A DNA stretch of 64,000 nucleotides from Paraspadella gotoi (lineage: Eukaryota > Animalia > Chaetognatha): the NCBI GenBank assembly GCA_051294375.1, contig JBJCIZ010000028.1, positions 675,623 to 739,622 on the forward strand, written 5' to 3'. The translations under genes and the position numbers were made by a program. A model generated the notes under the pieces. It made no database searches. It was not told the DNA's origin and saw only the letters and a program-made list of their open reading frames with translations. The first letter of the stretch is position 1, and every line of letters starts with the position of its first letter. Positions 1 to 11,100 of the stretch are shown here, piece by piece.

Positions 1-365
1 CTCGGTCTTTCGTCTAACGGAAATGGCGTCCTCGCTCTCAATCTCACATTTAGAAATCCTTGAAAGTTTTGTCTTAAAAAAAAGTGGTCCAAAACTTCCC
101 CAAATTCTTTTATGATGGCCTCCGTCTGGAATTATTTCTCTTTCCCCCAATCCTCCCTCCGCTCATTTAGAAAAATCATATAAATTTATTTCAGTCATCA
201 TAACTGGTCCCTTGTTTAAAATTGGACATAAATTGCACCAGCCAATGCCCAGGCACTCGTGGTCGCTCTTGGCGTAGCCCAAGAGTTCCCGGGCAAGGGC
301 GACGGCATTATGGTTGATGCTTGCCACGTCTTGAACAGAAAGATAAATTGGATCGTTAAAATTTC

Positions 366-575
366 TCAAGTAGGCTGAGCGAGAACTTGCCCGAGGCAAG
401 AAGAAAAAACTATTATTAAGACAACCCACATTTCCAAATATCGTCCGCAAATGCCATACATAATGGTTAAAAAGGGGATTAAGTTAGTGAGAACGAAGCG
501 AACCTCGTGTCTGTACAAATGCAATATATAAAATTCTAGAAACATTTTGGGAGGGAGAGAGAGAGAGGCGAACAA
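366..575 (-). CDS. Small hydrophobic (two-TM-like) ORFan, paralog 1
   Basis: MFLEFYILHLYRHEVRFVLTNLIPFLTIMYGICGRYLEMWVVLIIVFSSCLG aligns without gaps to the adjacent ORF 652..834. Confidence 0.6.
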   Translation of the reverse strand: MFASLSLPPKMFLEFYILHLYRHEVRFVLTNLIPFLTIMYGICGRYLEMWVVLIIVFSSCLGQVLAQPT

Positions 576-651
576 ATTTTATTAGTAAATTATTTATATA
601 TATACATCGTTTTAGAAACGTGGATCGATCTTACGTATAAAAAACTTTTTT

Positions 652-834
652 TTAACGAATGGAGGAAGCGAGGGCGTAACCCACGCAAGAAGAGAGAACT
701 ATTACTAAAACGATCCACGTTTCTAAATACTCGCCGCGAACGGCGTAAATAACGGTTAGTAATGGAATTAAGTTAATGAGCAAAAAACTTAGATAATCTC
801 TATAATAATACAAAATATACAATTCGAAAAGCAT
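652..834 (-). CDS. Small hydrophobic (two-TM-like) ORFan, paralog 2
   Basis: MLFELYILYYYRDYLSFLLINLIPLLTVIYAVRGEYLETWIVLVIVLSSCVG is a tandem paralog of 366..575. Its N-terminus recurs at ~63140-63197 (MLLELYILYYYRNYLSF). Confidence 0.65.
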   Translation of the reverse strand: MLFELYILYYYRDYLSFLLINLIPLLTVIYAVRGEYLETWIVLVIVLSSCVGYALASSIR

Positions 835-861
835 CGAGGGAGAGAGAGAATGTACCGGTAA

Positions 862-1239
862 CTAACGACGGCGTTGGGAGTAAGAGGCGACTTCGGCGTC
901 CGCGGCGAGTTCGTCTTCCGCCGCCTCGTATGTCTCCGGATCCTCCTCGTCGTTTTCGTCTATGAGGAGAGCGTCTTCCTCGTAATCGGGGGCGCGGTCG
1001 GCGTCGTCTTCGTCGTCTTCCTCGTAATCGGGAGCCGCTTCGTTGTTGACGTTGCCGTTGACGTTGGCGTCGGAGGTGGAAGAGGAGGAGGCCGGGTTCC
1101 GGTTCTCCTTGTCGGCTTCCCGGTCGTCCTCCTGGGGCAGGATCTCCCCGTCGTCGACGAGCCACTTCTCGGCGTGTTTGGGCGGCTCCGGATTCCGGTA
1201 GGAAGAAGCGTCGAAATCGCGAATCTTTCTTTTTTTCAA
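862..1239 (-). CDS. Acidic ORFan with repeated PDYEE motif
   Basis: APDYEEDDEDDADRAPDYEEDALLIDENDEEDPETYEAAEDELAADAEVASYS has a homologue at 63218..63500 and ~52610-52890. It may extend upstream through a frameshift into 1266..1458. Confidence 0.6.
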   Translation of the reverse strand: MKKRKIRDFDASSYRNPEPPKHAEKWLVDDGEILPQEDDREADKENRNPASSSSTSDANVNGNVNNEAAPDYEEDDEDDADRAPDYEEDALLIDENDEEDPETYEAAEDELAADAEVASYSQRRR

Positions 1240-1679
1240 AGGAAGTAAACGTTCGAGCGCCGAGTCTATGAAGCGATCCGGTTTGACCGCGCGAGGAGGA
1301 AAGGAGGATAACGCCGTCGTCGAAGAATCGGGGAACGACTGTTTTCGTCAAAGTCTAGGGCTATCTTATCCACGTTATTGAGCAAAACGCACCACTCGCC
1401 GAAAGAGATTCCCACGTTTTGTTTGAACAAGACGCGGTCGACCTCCGTCGCCGACATGACCTTCTTTTCGAATCGCGCAACGAATCGAAGCGATCGCAAC
1501 GGAAAAATAAACTGATAAACCTTGATAAATGAGAGAATTGATATACGGTTAAACATATAAATGCTGCATAATTCGGTAAATAAATTTTAGTCAAACATAG
1601 CATGTCAAAATAAAACAATTCTAGAATAATTCAATATCAATAAGGGAAAAAATAATATGATCGAGGAAATAAACATAAT

Positions 1680-2408
1680 TGAAAACAGTTCACTCGACAA
1701 AGTGTCGATTTTCGCCACTGAGAAATTCGGGCACGGGTCTAACTGTCTATTCGTCTATTCATCAGGGACTCCCAGTACGTGTAGTTTCAGGTCATCAATG
1801 GAACGGGTCGCGTTCCAAAAAGCGGCGTTCCGCCTGTGGAACACCCGCCAGGAAAAGAGTTTCCAGGACAAACCAACTGACGACACTAAGTCGCCGGCTT
1901 GCGGGGAGTGAATGAGACCTCCCAGGGTCTCCTTTAGATGGATGGTTGCGATGGTAAGATCCGGATGCGGATCGTACGACCGTGGCGGCCTTCAAATCCA
2001 GATATCCCTGCCGTCGTCGTGCACCGAGCGCCAGGGAATCAGCGGAAAAACTTCCACATATCTTCCTGTAATGGCGGAGTCGTCCAAGAGGGCGCTCCGC
2101 GGTGAGACAACACAGCCATCTCTGCGTATCTCCCATCGTCCTCCCACCACCATGCCCATGGCGGTTTTGGGCCATCTCGAAAACGATTTCCTCAGTTCTG
2201 AATCGGTCAGGAGCATGACCTCCCTACACGATCCAAAGTAGAAGCTCTCTTCATTCCATATCGGCGTCAACGGCGTCAACGTTGCCGTTAATTGTCTGGG
2301 GATCGGGAACGCGGCTGATCTGACCCGCAGCGGCCGGTCGTAAAAGTTTGTCCATGCGAAGCCAACATAATGGTCTTTTGCAGCAAAGAACTTGGCTATC
2401 GCCGACAT
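1680..2408 (-). CDS. ORFan family A member 1 (frameshifted in this assembly)
   Basis: Motifs YDRPLRVRSAAFPIPR, SRWPKTAMGMV, VHDDG, SYDPHPD, PQAGDLVSS and FWNA match the 248-aa ORF 60493..61239. The reading frame is broken by single-base indels. Confidence 0.65.
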
Positions 2409-3131
2409 TTTCGAAAGTTAGACGTATGTTAGACGTAAGTTAGACGTATGTGTCGAAGCAAACTGATAAGAATAAACGAAAATTAGAAAATCGAAATTAC
2501 TTCAATTCCAAAAATATTTTAAGATAGAGAGAAAAATATAAAACACGAACGATGCTCTTTTGTCTAAGTTAGATTTTTTCCGAAAATATATAATTTCCGT
2601 CTCAGTCGCTAGATGTCGCGACAGATAGGGCGCGCTAAAAACGCCAAACACAAAATAAGAAAATGAACAACGCGCAGATTATTGATACGAAGAAAAATAA
2701 AATTCAAAATAACTTCGAAACATATCAAAATTAGACGAAAATTCGTATGATGTAAAAAACGACATATAAATTCAAATCACGCAAAAGACGACATTTATAC
2801 CGCGAAAAATTATGAAAATTCGATTATTTCTTATTGAAATTAGCGAGTAATCCATGTAGGTCGTCGCTCCGGCAAGTAGAAAATAAAATCCAAATTTCTG
2901 GCCGATGAAAAAGCGATATTGAGAGCGCAAAATTAACTCGTAAAATTAAAATATGTATTTTAGTAAGAAATACCCAATAGTCCGTCCGTAACTCACACAA
3001 ACGGATCTATCTTAAGGGTAAGAAGAACCCTAGATATAAAAAACAGAGACGCGGTCACGCATCTCTATATAGTATTGACACTCGCCAATCTATTGTTTCT
3101 TAATCCTCAAAAGAGGCAATCTTAACCTCAT

Positions 3132-3243
3132 CCCAGCTCAATGGGCCTCCGACATTTGCAGAGGAAATGGTCCCAGTTAATGGCCTCCGTCACTTGCAGA
3201 GGCAAATGGTCCCAGCTTAATGGGCCTCCGTTAATGAACATTT
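3132..3243. repeat. Short tandem repeat, ~40 bp unit, ~3 copies
   Basis: Repeated cccag(c)ttaatgg(g)cctccg...ttgcagagg(c)aaatggt. Confidence 0.75.
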
Positions 3244-3569
3244 GTCATAGCAAATGCAAGGAAGCGAAAACGATTTATTTATTAAAGCGACCACATGCGG
3301 TAAAAGTGCGCAAAAAAAAAAAAAGTTCGACGCTATGTGGCGAATTCCATATTTATTCATGGTAATTCTTTAACGGGTTTTTCCGGTTTTTACGTCGCCA
3401 AGGTGGCAGTTATGAGGCCTCAACGCTGAGCAGGAGTTTTTGTCTACTGTGCAGACGGCAGTTATAGAGCTCAACGCTGAGCCGGGGTTTTTCGTCTACT
3501 CCGCAGACGGCATACAACAAGCCCAAGTAAGCCAAAGCTCCCCACCCACGCTTGCAGGTGACAAGGACC

Positions 3570-3770
3570 GTCAATATGCTAGCTTTACATCCACCCACGC
3601 GGATGTGAAGGAGAGTGGAAATTAAACACCCCACTTAGATAACTTATATCTCAATCTTAATTATCGTTATCAATATGAACCATATTAGCTCATGAAAACT
3701 GCACCACATCCCACTTAAGGTAGCAGTAGCAACAAGAGACGTGGGGACCGAACAAAGCCGATGCCACCAT
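3570..3770 (-). pseudogene. Disrupted or noisy paralog of the small MVAS-LFGPHVS gene
   Basis: Starts MVASALFGPHVS and later encodes TSAWVDVKL, versus TSARVDVKL at 61737..61941. The frame between the two motifs is broken. Confidence 0.5.
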
Positions 3771-3789
3771 GTCGTCTTTATTACTAACT

Positions 3790-3835
3790 CCTGTAATAAC
3801 TGACGAATCTATTTAGCCTAATATATAAAAGAGGA
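3790..3835 (-). promoter_or_regulatory. TATA plus TCAGT initiator-like core promoter
   Basis: Minus strand reads ttttatatattaggctaaatagattcgTCAGTT, about 30 nt before the ATG at 3770. Similar spacing recurs at ~61970-62000 and ~60320-60350. Confidence 0.4.
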
Positions 3836-3896
3836 TTGAGTATTCATTATGATTATATTAAATAACGTGAAACAAACGAAAATAAACGGGAGAGAA

Positions 3897-4710
3897 TTAC
3901 AAATTGTTACCGGCCAAAATCACGACTGAAGAAATTACAAGCGATCGAGAACTAAAAGCGTTTTGTTTACAATTCAGCGAAGGCCAATACTTTTGTAAAT
4001 AAAGAACGAGGCCCGAAACGAAAACAACAACTCTTTGATATTCTGACAGCAAGAGTCCGGAATTACAGATCTTGATGGTAATCTGCTCCCCGATCGCGAA
4101 TTCCACGTTCGGTCTGCTCAATCCAAATTCCGAACTCCCCCCCTTATCGGCTCTTTTTACCATCGCTCTCCCCTTTAACGCTAGTATTTTTCCCCATAAT
4201 GACCACGTGATCGTCTCCGGTCAAGGTTCCCGTCTTGGACGTACCGAAAGCCGCTCCCGTCGTTCGCAATTTCCCGCTCCCGTAAAAATTTTGGCTGGAT
4301 GAGGGTGGGCCGACGGCGACCATCCTGGCGTGGAGGCAAGGATCCTTCAACGCCTTCTTCAAATTGGAGTCGGCGAGGAGCGGGTGTCGCGGCTTCGTCG
4401 CGCCCGATCCCTGAGCGTAGTTGAGGAAACCCGCGCCGCCGCCGACTTGGTTGACGACGGTCTTGACGGGGGATTTCGGTTTGAAGAAGAAAAATCCTTG
4501 TTTCCCCTTCGAGGACGACGTCATCGGCGTCCCGGGTCTCTCCGTTCCCCGCCGCGCTCGAGGTCGAAGCGACGGGAGTCTCGTCGACGCTGACTCGAGC
4601 CACGCGGGGAGCGACGTAACGCGTCTTGTTCTTCCCCCGCATGGCGAATCCGATTTCCGGATTGCGAAAACCGCGAAGCATGGCCTGGTCGTATTCGTCA
4701 AAGAACGCCT
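3897..4710 (-). CDS. Unknown ORFan, probably one gene split by indels
   Basis: Overlapping ORFs 4181..4681, 4144..4701 and 3897..4163 give a plausible continuous globular protein after frame correction. No family recognised. Confidence 0.35.
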
Positions 4711-5072
4711 TGACTATTTTTATTTTTTTCGTTTTTCGTCGTTGGCGAAAAAGAGAGGGTAGGATTTTTTGTTTTTGTTTTTCGCGATGAACGAACGGAT
4801 GAGAATTTCGAATTAGTTTTTTTTCTCCGAAGGATGATGAAAATTTATTTTCGGGAAAAGAAAAATCGGCGAGTGGAAAGTTTTCGTCCCCGACGATCGA
4901 ATTTAAGGGGAGAGGCGTGCCTGGCGGGCGTTTTTCGAGGGGGAAGAGCGCCTTTGCGGGAGAACGTGGCGTCGATCGTTTCCGACGACAACAAGAGAGA
5001 AGCTATTAATTTTTTCGTTCGCGACGACGGGCGAGGATCGACGGCGAGGATCGACGAGAGAGAGAAAGAACG

Positions 5073-6400
5073 TCAATTTTTGGCGACGGCGGGGTGCGTT
5101 TTCGTCGAAGAGGAAGAGGAAGACGGCGGTGAAACTCGGCGGCCTTCTCTGAGTACGCAAGCGAAGGACGCCTGAAGGGTTTTGAGAAGCTCGATAGTGA
5201 AATTAACGAGATATTCGCGGCTCAGGCCGCGCATGCGCCGACCGATCTTTTTAGATTTTATAGGCGGGACAAATAAGTACCTAGTCGACTCATCTTCGTT
5301 AACCCGGCTCTTTGAGCGAGAGTCGTTTGGAGAGGAACGCTTAGATCCCTCCTTGGAGCTCGAAGATCCGTTTCCGCGTTTCTCTTTCTTCCTTTCCCCC
5401 TTGACTTTGCTCTTCTCTCCCCGCCCCCGCGCCCGACGAGGTTCTTTCTGGCTCTTGTTCGCGCGCGAGATTTCTTTCCCCCCTTTCCTCTTTGAGACCG
5501 CGTCAACGAAAAGCGCAGAGAGGCGGAGGCAAGAAAACGCCAAGTTCCACCAATTTGACGGCCAGCAGCGATCTTGGTTCGACGCCGAGCTCGATGTTTG
5601 CGGTTCTTCGCCATGGCCTTGAGATAACTGCTTTCGAATTGGTGAACTTTCTCCGAACACGCCGTAAAAAAGACGATGCACACCTAATGCACCTACTCAC
5701 ATGGCGCGACAAACGAATCGGGGAGCCGCTCGGTCCGACCACGTTAAGGGGTGGAACATAGTTTGGGAGCAGAGAGCTGATTTGCGAAAGTCTCGGGGAA
5801 AAAAGAATGGTGCTGAGGTGGAAGCGAATGCGGCTCCAGAATCGGTAGCAGCGGGAGCGGCGGGAGGAGGCAAAGATGTTCGAATTCTCTTCGCGCTCTT
5901 GTAAATGTCAAATTCTTTTTGCCATTTTTTTTTAAATTGCGGTATCATGGGTGGAATATTTCTTTGTCCTTCTCCGTCTAACGGAAATGGCGTCCTCGCT
6001 CTCAATCTCACATCTTAGAAATCCTTGAAAGTTTTGGTTTAAAAAAAAGTGGTCCAAAACTTCCCCAAATTCTTTTATAATGGCCTCCCTTGAGTCATCA
6101 TAACTGGTCCCTCGTTTAAAATTGGACATGAATTGCACCAGCGTTTTGACGTCGTGGGGGGATGTTTATCCGTCGTGTTCTCCGTTGAAGGAATTTGACG
6201 TGAGACTGCATCCAAGTGGGAGTGTTGCTCCACTTGAATGTCGTCTGCGACACCGGAGTTGTCAATCTCACAAGTGAGATTAACGTAGAGAACGAACTGT
6301 TCCCCCTCTTCCTTCTTACAGCCGATAAACCCTTTTAATACATGATTTGCGAGTTTCGTAAACTCATGTTTCTAGATCGCCCGCCCACTTCGAATTGAGA
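5073..6400 (-). CDS. Unknown ORFan(s), split by indels
   Basis: Segment LYVNLTCEI...IQVEQHSHLDAVSRQ (~6200-6300) has a diverged paralog at ~54650-54760. Segment KEFGEVLDHFF...CEIESEDAISVR (~5975-6140) has a paralog at 1-243. Confidence 0.45.
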
Positions 6401-6568
6401 TTGGGCGTCAATCTCTCCGCAAGTCTAAATGCCCCGATTATGAAATCGGGGTGAGGGTCATAAATCAATCGCTCCGTCCAATCCATTGAGCTGTAGTAAT
6501 ATAACAGTTATCATTAAACTAAACTTTGTTGTTAATCTAATGATTAATAGCAAGAAAAAATTAATCTA

Positions 6569-6994
6569 TTACCCTTGCGTGTCCTCCGGTTTTCTCATAG
6601 ATTCTAATGTCTTCCTCTCCGCGAAAATGATATCCTCCTCTCCTGGGAGGACCGTGTCATCCCAGACCCAAATATTACCTTGGTGTCTGGGGGGTGTGAC
6701 GAAGGTTGCATAAATGTCTTCCCAGTCTTCAAATGTCACAACTCCGAATAACTTGCTTGGCCACGATGAAACAATCCCCATTAGTGCACTTTGGGAAGGG
6801 AGATTGTAATTATACAATCTCCCAGATTCCGCCTCTCTCTCTAATTTGTCTTTAATGTTTGTTAACCCACTCGACCACGCGATGGAAAGAGGGAATTTAT
6901 CTGATGCTACGAACAGTGGCCGATCGTAGGCGTATGTACACCGAAAGTGTGCCCAGTAAAACTGGTTGGTGTATTTCTTAATGACTCTATCCAT
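6569..6994 (-). CDS. ORFan family A member 2 (short, divergent)
   Basis: MDRVIKKY...YDRPLFVASDKFPL...SSWPSKLFGVV shares the RP-x-V...P and S-WP---G-V motifs with family A. Confidence 0.55.
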   Translation of the reverse strand: MDRVIKKYTNQFYWAHFRCTYAYDRPLFVASDKFPLSIAWSSGLTNIKDKLEREAESGRLYNYNLPSQSALMGIVSSWPSKLFGVVTFEDWEDIYATFVTPPRHQGNIWVWDDTVLPGEEDIIFAERKTLESMRKPEDTQG

Positions 6995-7249
6995 TGTTAT
7001 CGATTGATATTGAAAATCTAATTTTAAAAACAAAAAATTTAAAAAAACTATTTTATAAAACAAAACTGTCAATCAATAATAGTCCATATCATAATGAAGT
7101 AATTTAAAATATTTATTCAGCTAAATCATCCACGTCCCAATATTCTTCTCTATCGTTAAATAACAGTATTAGAACACGTTTACTAAGTACACATCGCCTC
7201 GTACACATTTCAGTCTTTGAGTTTCAAGTTATTTATGATCTTGTTTGCA

Positions 7250-7730
7250 GAAGTTTTTAACGTTGTTATTTCTTTTTTCTTTGAAAATATCGTTTTCCGG
7301 TGTTTTCTACGTTTTTATCTCTTTTAACAATGGAAAAGACGTTTTTCGGTGTTTTTAACGTTTTTATCTCTTTTGACATTGGAAAAGTCGTTTTCCGGTG
7401 TTTTTAACGTTTTTAGCTCTTTTTACATAGGAAAAGAAAACGGAGAAGTCGTTTTTCGGTATTTTTCACGTTTTTAACTCTTTTTACATAGGAAAAGGAA
7501 AATTCGTTTTTCGGTGTTTTTAACGTTTTCATCTCTTTTTACAAAAGAAAAGTCGTTTTTTGATGTTTTTAACGTTTTTAGCTTTTTTTACATAGAAATA
7601 GTCGTTTGACGAGTTTTTCAACGGTTTTATTTCTTTTTTTATTGGAAAAGTCGTTTGCCAAAGTTTTTAACGTTTTTAATTACATTACAATTACATTGGA
7701 AAAGTTATTTTTCGGTGTTTTTAACGTATA
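7250..7730. repeat. Tandem ~50 bp repeat, ~9 degenerate copies, with AACGTT palindromic core
   Basis: Unit gaaaagtcgttttccggtgtttttaacgtttttatctcttttgacattg, followed by a (TA)n tract at ~7728-7780. Confidence 0.85.
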
Positions 7731-8155
7731 TGAATATATATATAATATATATATGAATATATATATGATATATATATGATACTGGCGGAAGTAAAAGCAG
7801 CGGTGCTTATCGACTTGCTGTAAATTTTTTACTCACCCCATTAAGTGCGGCTACCCCTACCTTTAAGAGGGATTCCAGGCTTGCTTGGTTCTGTAGTTCC
7901 CGTTTCTGGTTCTGATTCCTCCGCGATGAGCTGATTAATACATATTAAATAGTAAACGTGGGCAGGAGCGACATCGTTTGCCACAACTCGTGTTTTTTTG
8001 TCATATTTTTGAATCGTTTTTACCAAAGTTGTTATCACATCTTTTTGAGAATTTTAGTATAAATTGTTAAAACTCGTTTAAAAAAATTTGTTTTCATTGA
8101 CAGTTTTATATATAAAAGTATAACTGAAACTTAAAACTAAAACCCGTGATCGACC

Positions 8156-11100
8156 ATGTCGTCGAGCCCTGGCGCCGCCCTCGACGCCGACGACGTCCCT
8201 CTCGTCGCCGTGACGATCGCCGTCGGCGCCGTCCTCGCTCTCGTCCTCATCTTCATCGGCGCCTTCGCCCGGAAAAAGGGAGAGAGCGACGCCGACGAGG
8301 GAGAGCGAGACGATGGGCGGGAGACGTCGAACGGTCGAGCCGGCGGCGTGGCGGGACCGGAACCGGGGAGAGCGGCCAAGGCGGCGGGGAAGCGTCAAGC
8401 GGCGCGAAAGGAAAAGCCCAAGCAGGACTCTTTCGCTCATCCTTTGCTCGTTAATAATTTGAAAGGTGAGGGTGTCGAGGGGGGGGGAGGAAAGGGGGAG
8501 GAAGATATTGGAAATCGATGAAAATGTATGAAAGCAAAATAGATGGAACTACTACTTAAAGAATAAAGTATCGCATCCAATTCGACCCCCCCCACTCCTT
8601 CCTTTTTGTCGCTAACTCGCCGCACCTCACCTCTCTAGGCCAAGGAGGTGAGTTGCTGTCTATGGACCTGAGTCCCAACGGCAAATACCTCGCCACGAGT
8701 TCCGACGACCGCACCGTCTTCCTCTGGTCCACCAAGCAGTTCGAGACCAAGGACGTCCGCTCCGTTCGCGCCAACGTCGAGCTCGATCACGCCACGCGCG
8801 TTAAATTTAGTCCAGACTCCAAGGCTTTCGTCGTCAGGTAAAGAAATGTATTGTTAATAATGTAAAAAAAAAAAATATTTAACGAACGAGCTAACTTTGG
8901 AAATTACTCCGGGGCCTTTTTTACTAGATAATAACAAAGACCCTGAAAGCTCGCGATCGAGACATTTTTAACATTTTTAACAGTGCGTGAATGTAAATGA
9001 ACTTATCTTTATTTTTCTCATAAGTCTGGCCTATGATAACACGATTCGCATCTTTCGTCTGGGCAAAAAAGACGACGGCAGTCTGGGAAACATCACCGCC
9101 TCTCCGGAAAACGACTTTAAGAATTCCTCGCCCGAAGGTTGGTCGGTGACCGTTTTATCCCCCGACTTTTTTCGTTTTAATCCCGTGACGAATCGGATTT
9201 GGATCTCATTGAAAAATTTATTTCGCCAAAGTATCCGGATGAATATCTGGCTCTCGTCTCATTTTGTAATACTGTACCGCCCGTAATTTGTCTCCATTCG
9301 GGAGACGATGTCCCCAGTAGGTTGTTGTATGACCCCATGACCTTCTTTGATAGGCAAGGGTGAGATCATCGCCATTGACCCCTGACCCCATGACTTCCTC
9401 TTTGATAGGCAAAGGGCGAGATCATCGCCATTGACCCCTGACCCCATGACCTTCCTCTTTGATAGGCAAGGGTGAGATCATCGCCATTGACCCTGACCCC
9501 ATGACCTTCCTCTTTGATAGGCAAGGGCGAGATCATCGCCATTGACCCCTGACCTCATGACCTTCCTCTTTGATAGGCAAGGGCGAGATCATCGCCATTG
9601 ACCCCTGACCCCGTGACCTTTCTCTTTGATAGGCAAGGGCGAGATCATCGCCATCGACGTCGCCTCCACCGGAAAGTTCATCCTCACCGTCCACAACGAC
9701 GTCCACCTTTTGCTCTGGGATCTCAAGGGAAAAGTCCTCGCCGCCGTCAACACCAATCAGGTTCGTGTTTTATAATATTTTCTCTTATTCAAATAATAAT
9801 AATAATAATAATAATAATGCTTTAATAAATTAGTAGCGTTAGTTGTCTATCTCTGGTTTGATAGTTGTCTTTCCAGGAAGAAGGACAATTAGTAGACACA
9901 TTTAAATCCGATTCTTTTTAAGATAGAAATCCCAGGAAAACGGCATTCTTTTCCTTTTTTTCCGTTCTATCTGAATATATGACTTTTGTTAGACTTTTTA
10001 AAATTCTTGGCCCTCCCCAGGAGCGCCAAAGTGCCACGAGCATCAAAATTCACATATATTCGTAGATTTCTTGAACAAGTTCTATTTAAATTTAATTTTC
10101 TAATATAATTAGCTCATTCCTGACTAGAATATTGCATTGCAAGTTAGTGAATATATTAAAAAAATAGTTTTAGGTGCTTATTATGTTGAAAAACTATTTT
10201 TACAAACCGGAAGTTATCAAAAACAGCAAAAAATTAGTTCTAAAGCTACGAAATACTTTTTATAATGCGTTAGATATGTTACATGTTCTGTTTTTATCAT
10301 TTATTTCAAAAGTTTAATTTAATATTTTAATTATTAGATATTGTTTAATTATGCCAGACGCGCAAGCTTTTTTACTTTAACTTTGATGTTTAAAAATGAC
10401 TGATGAACTTTCATTGTATTTTATGTCAGATACCTAAATCAATAATACCAATATATATTGTTATAATAGAGAAATATGGTGTAAAGACATTAAAAAAAAT
10501 AAAAAAGTGAATAAAGAAAAAGTCAATCTCTTGAACCTTTGAACCTTCCCTAAATCATGGTGGTGGATGATGCCCAACCACCACGGCCCTCACAATGACT
10601 CCCCGTCTCCGCTGCTGAGACAGAGGGAAGACCTCTGGAAAGGCAATAAGCAACCAATGCCCTCTAATCACCTGTCGCAACTATGACTCTCCTCAGAGAA
10701 GTTGTCAAGCCAAATGACAGCTTCAGACGAATAAAGGGGAAAGCTCAAGTCCTCATTTAAAATCAGCACGGACAATAAACACATTTTTCTTAACTAGCTT
10801 TAAAGCTACAAATCATAGGTGACCACGCATTCGATTCATTTTTTATTGCTGGCTATCTATATATGTCACTTTTGATATACTGGATTTCTGGATTTCTGGA
10901 ACAGGCAGCTTTTTTATCTCAAGATGTATATTACTATCAGGAATACTGAAATTGAGAGATAGTGAATAGGAAATGAAAGGAATAAGGTAATGTTTAGGTT
11001 CAGTTGTTTTAAAATAAGAACTATTTATTGAAATATAAATGTAGTAAACTATTAACTTGAAAAAATTATAAAAACTGTAATATGTAACTAACATTAACTA

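Larger units (their letters stand above)
1..8100 (-). mobile_element. Left ORFan island (putative endogenous virus or giant element segment, unclassified)
   Basis: Densely packed short ORFs, nearly all on the minus strand, none recognisable. Shares segments with the right island: ~790-1130 with ~63150-63500, ~1990-2800 with ~56515-57370, ~3770-4049 with ~60293-60570, ~6145-6330 with ~54600-54790. No hallmark viral or transposase gene seen. Confidence 0.45.

Noticed and set aside
1985-2000. In-frame TGA in family A member 1 suggesting readthrough or selenocysteine
   Set aside because: The copy near 56515-56540 has one extra C, giving DGQGYLDL, which fits the paralog better. The stop arises from a single-base indel.
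3763-3830. Perfect Kozak GCCACCATG on the + strand (also ~61934)
   Set aside because: It opens only 11-15 codons that are not conserved between copies. The conserved reading is on the minus strand.
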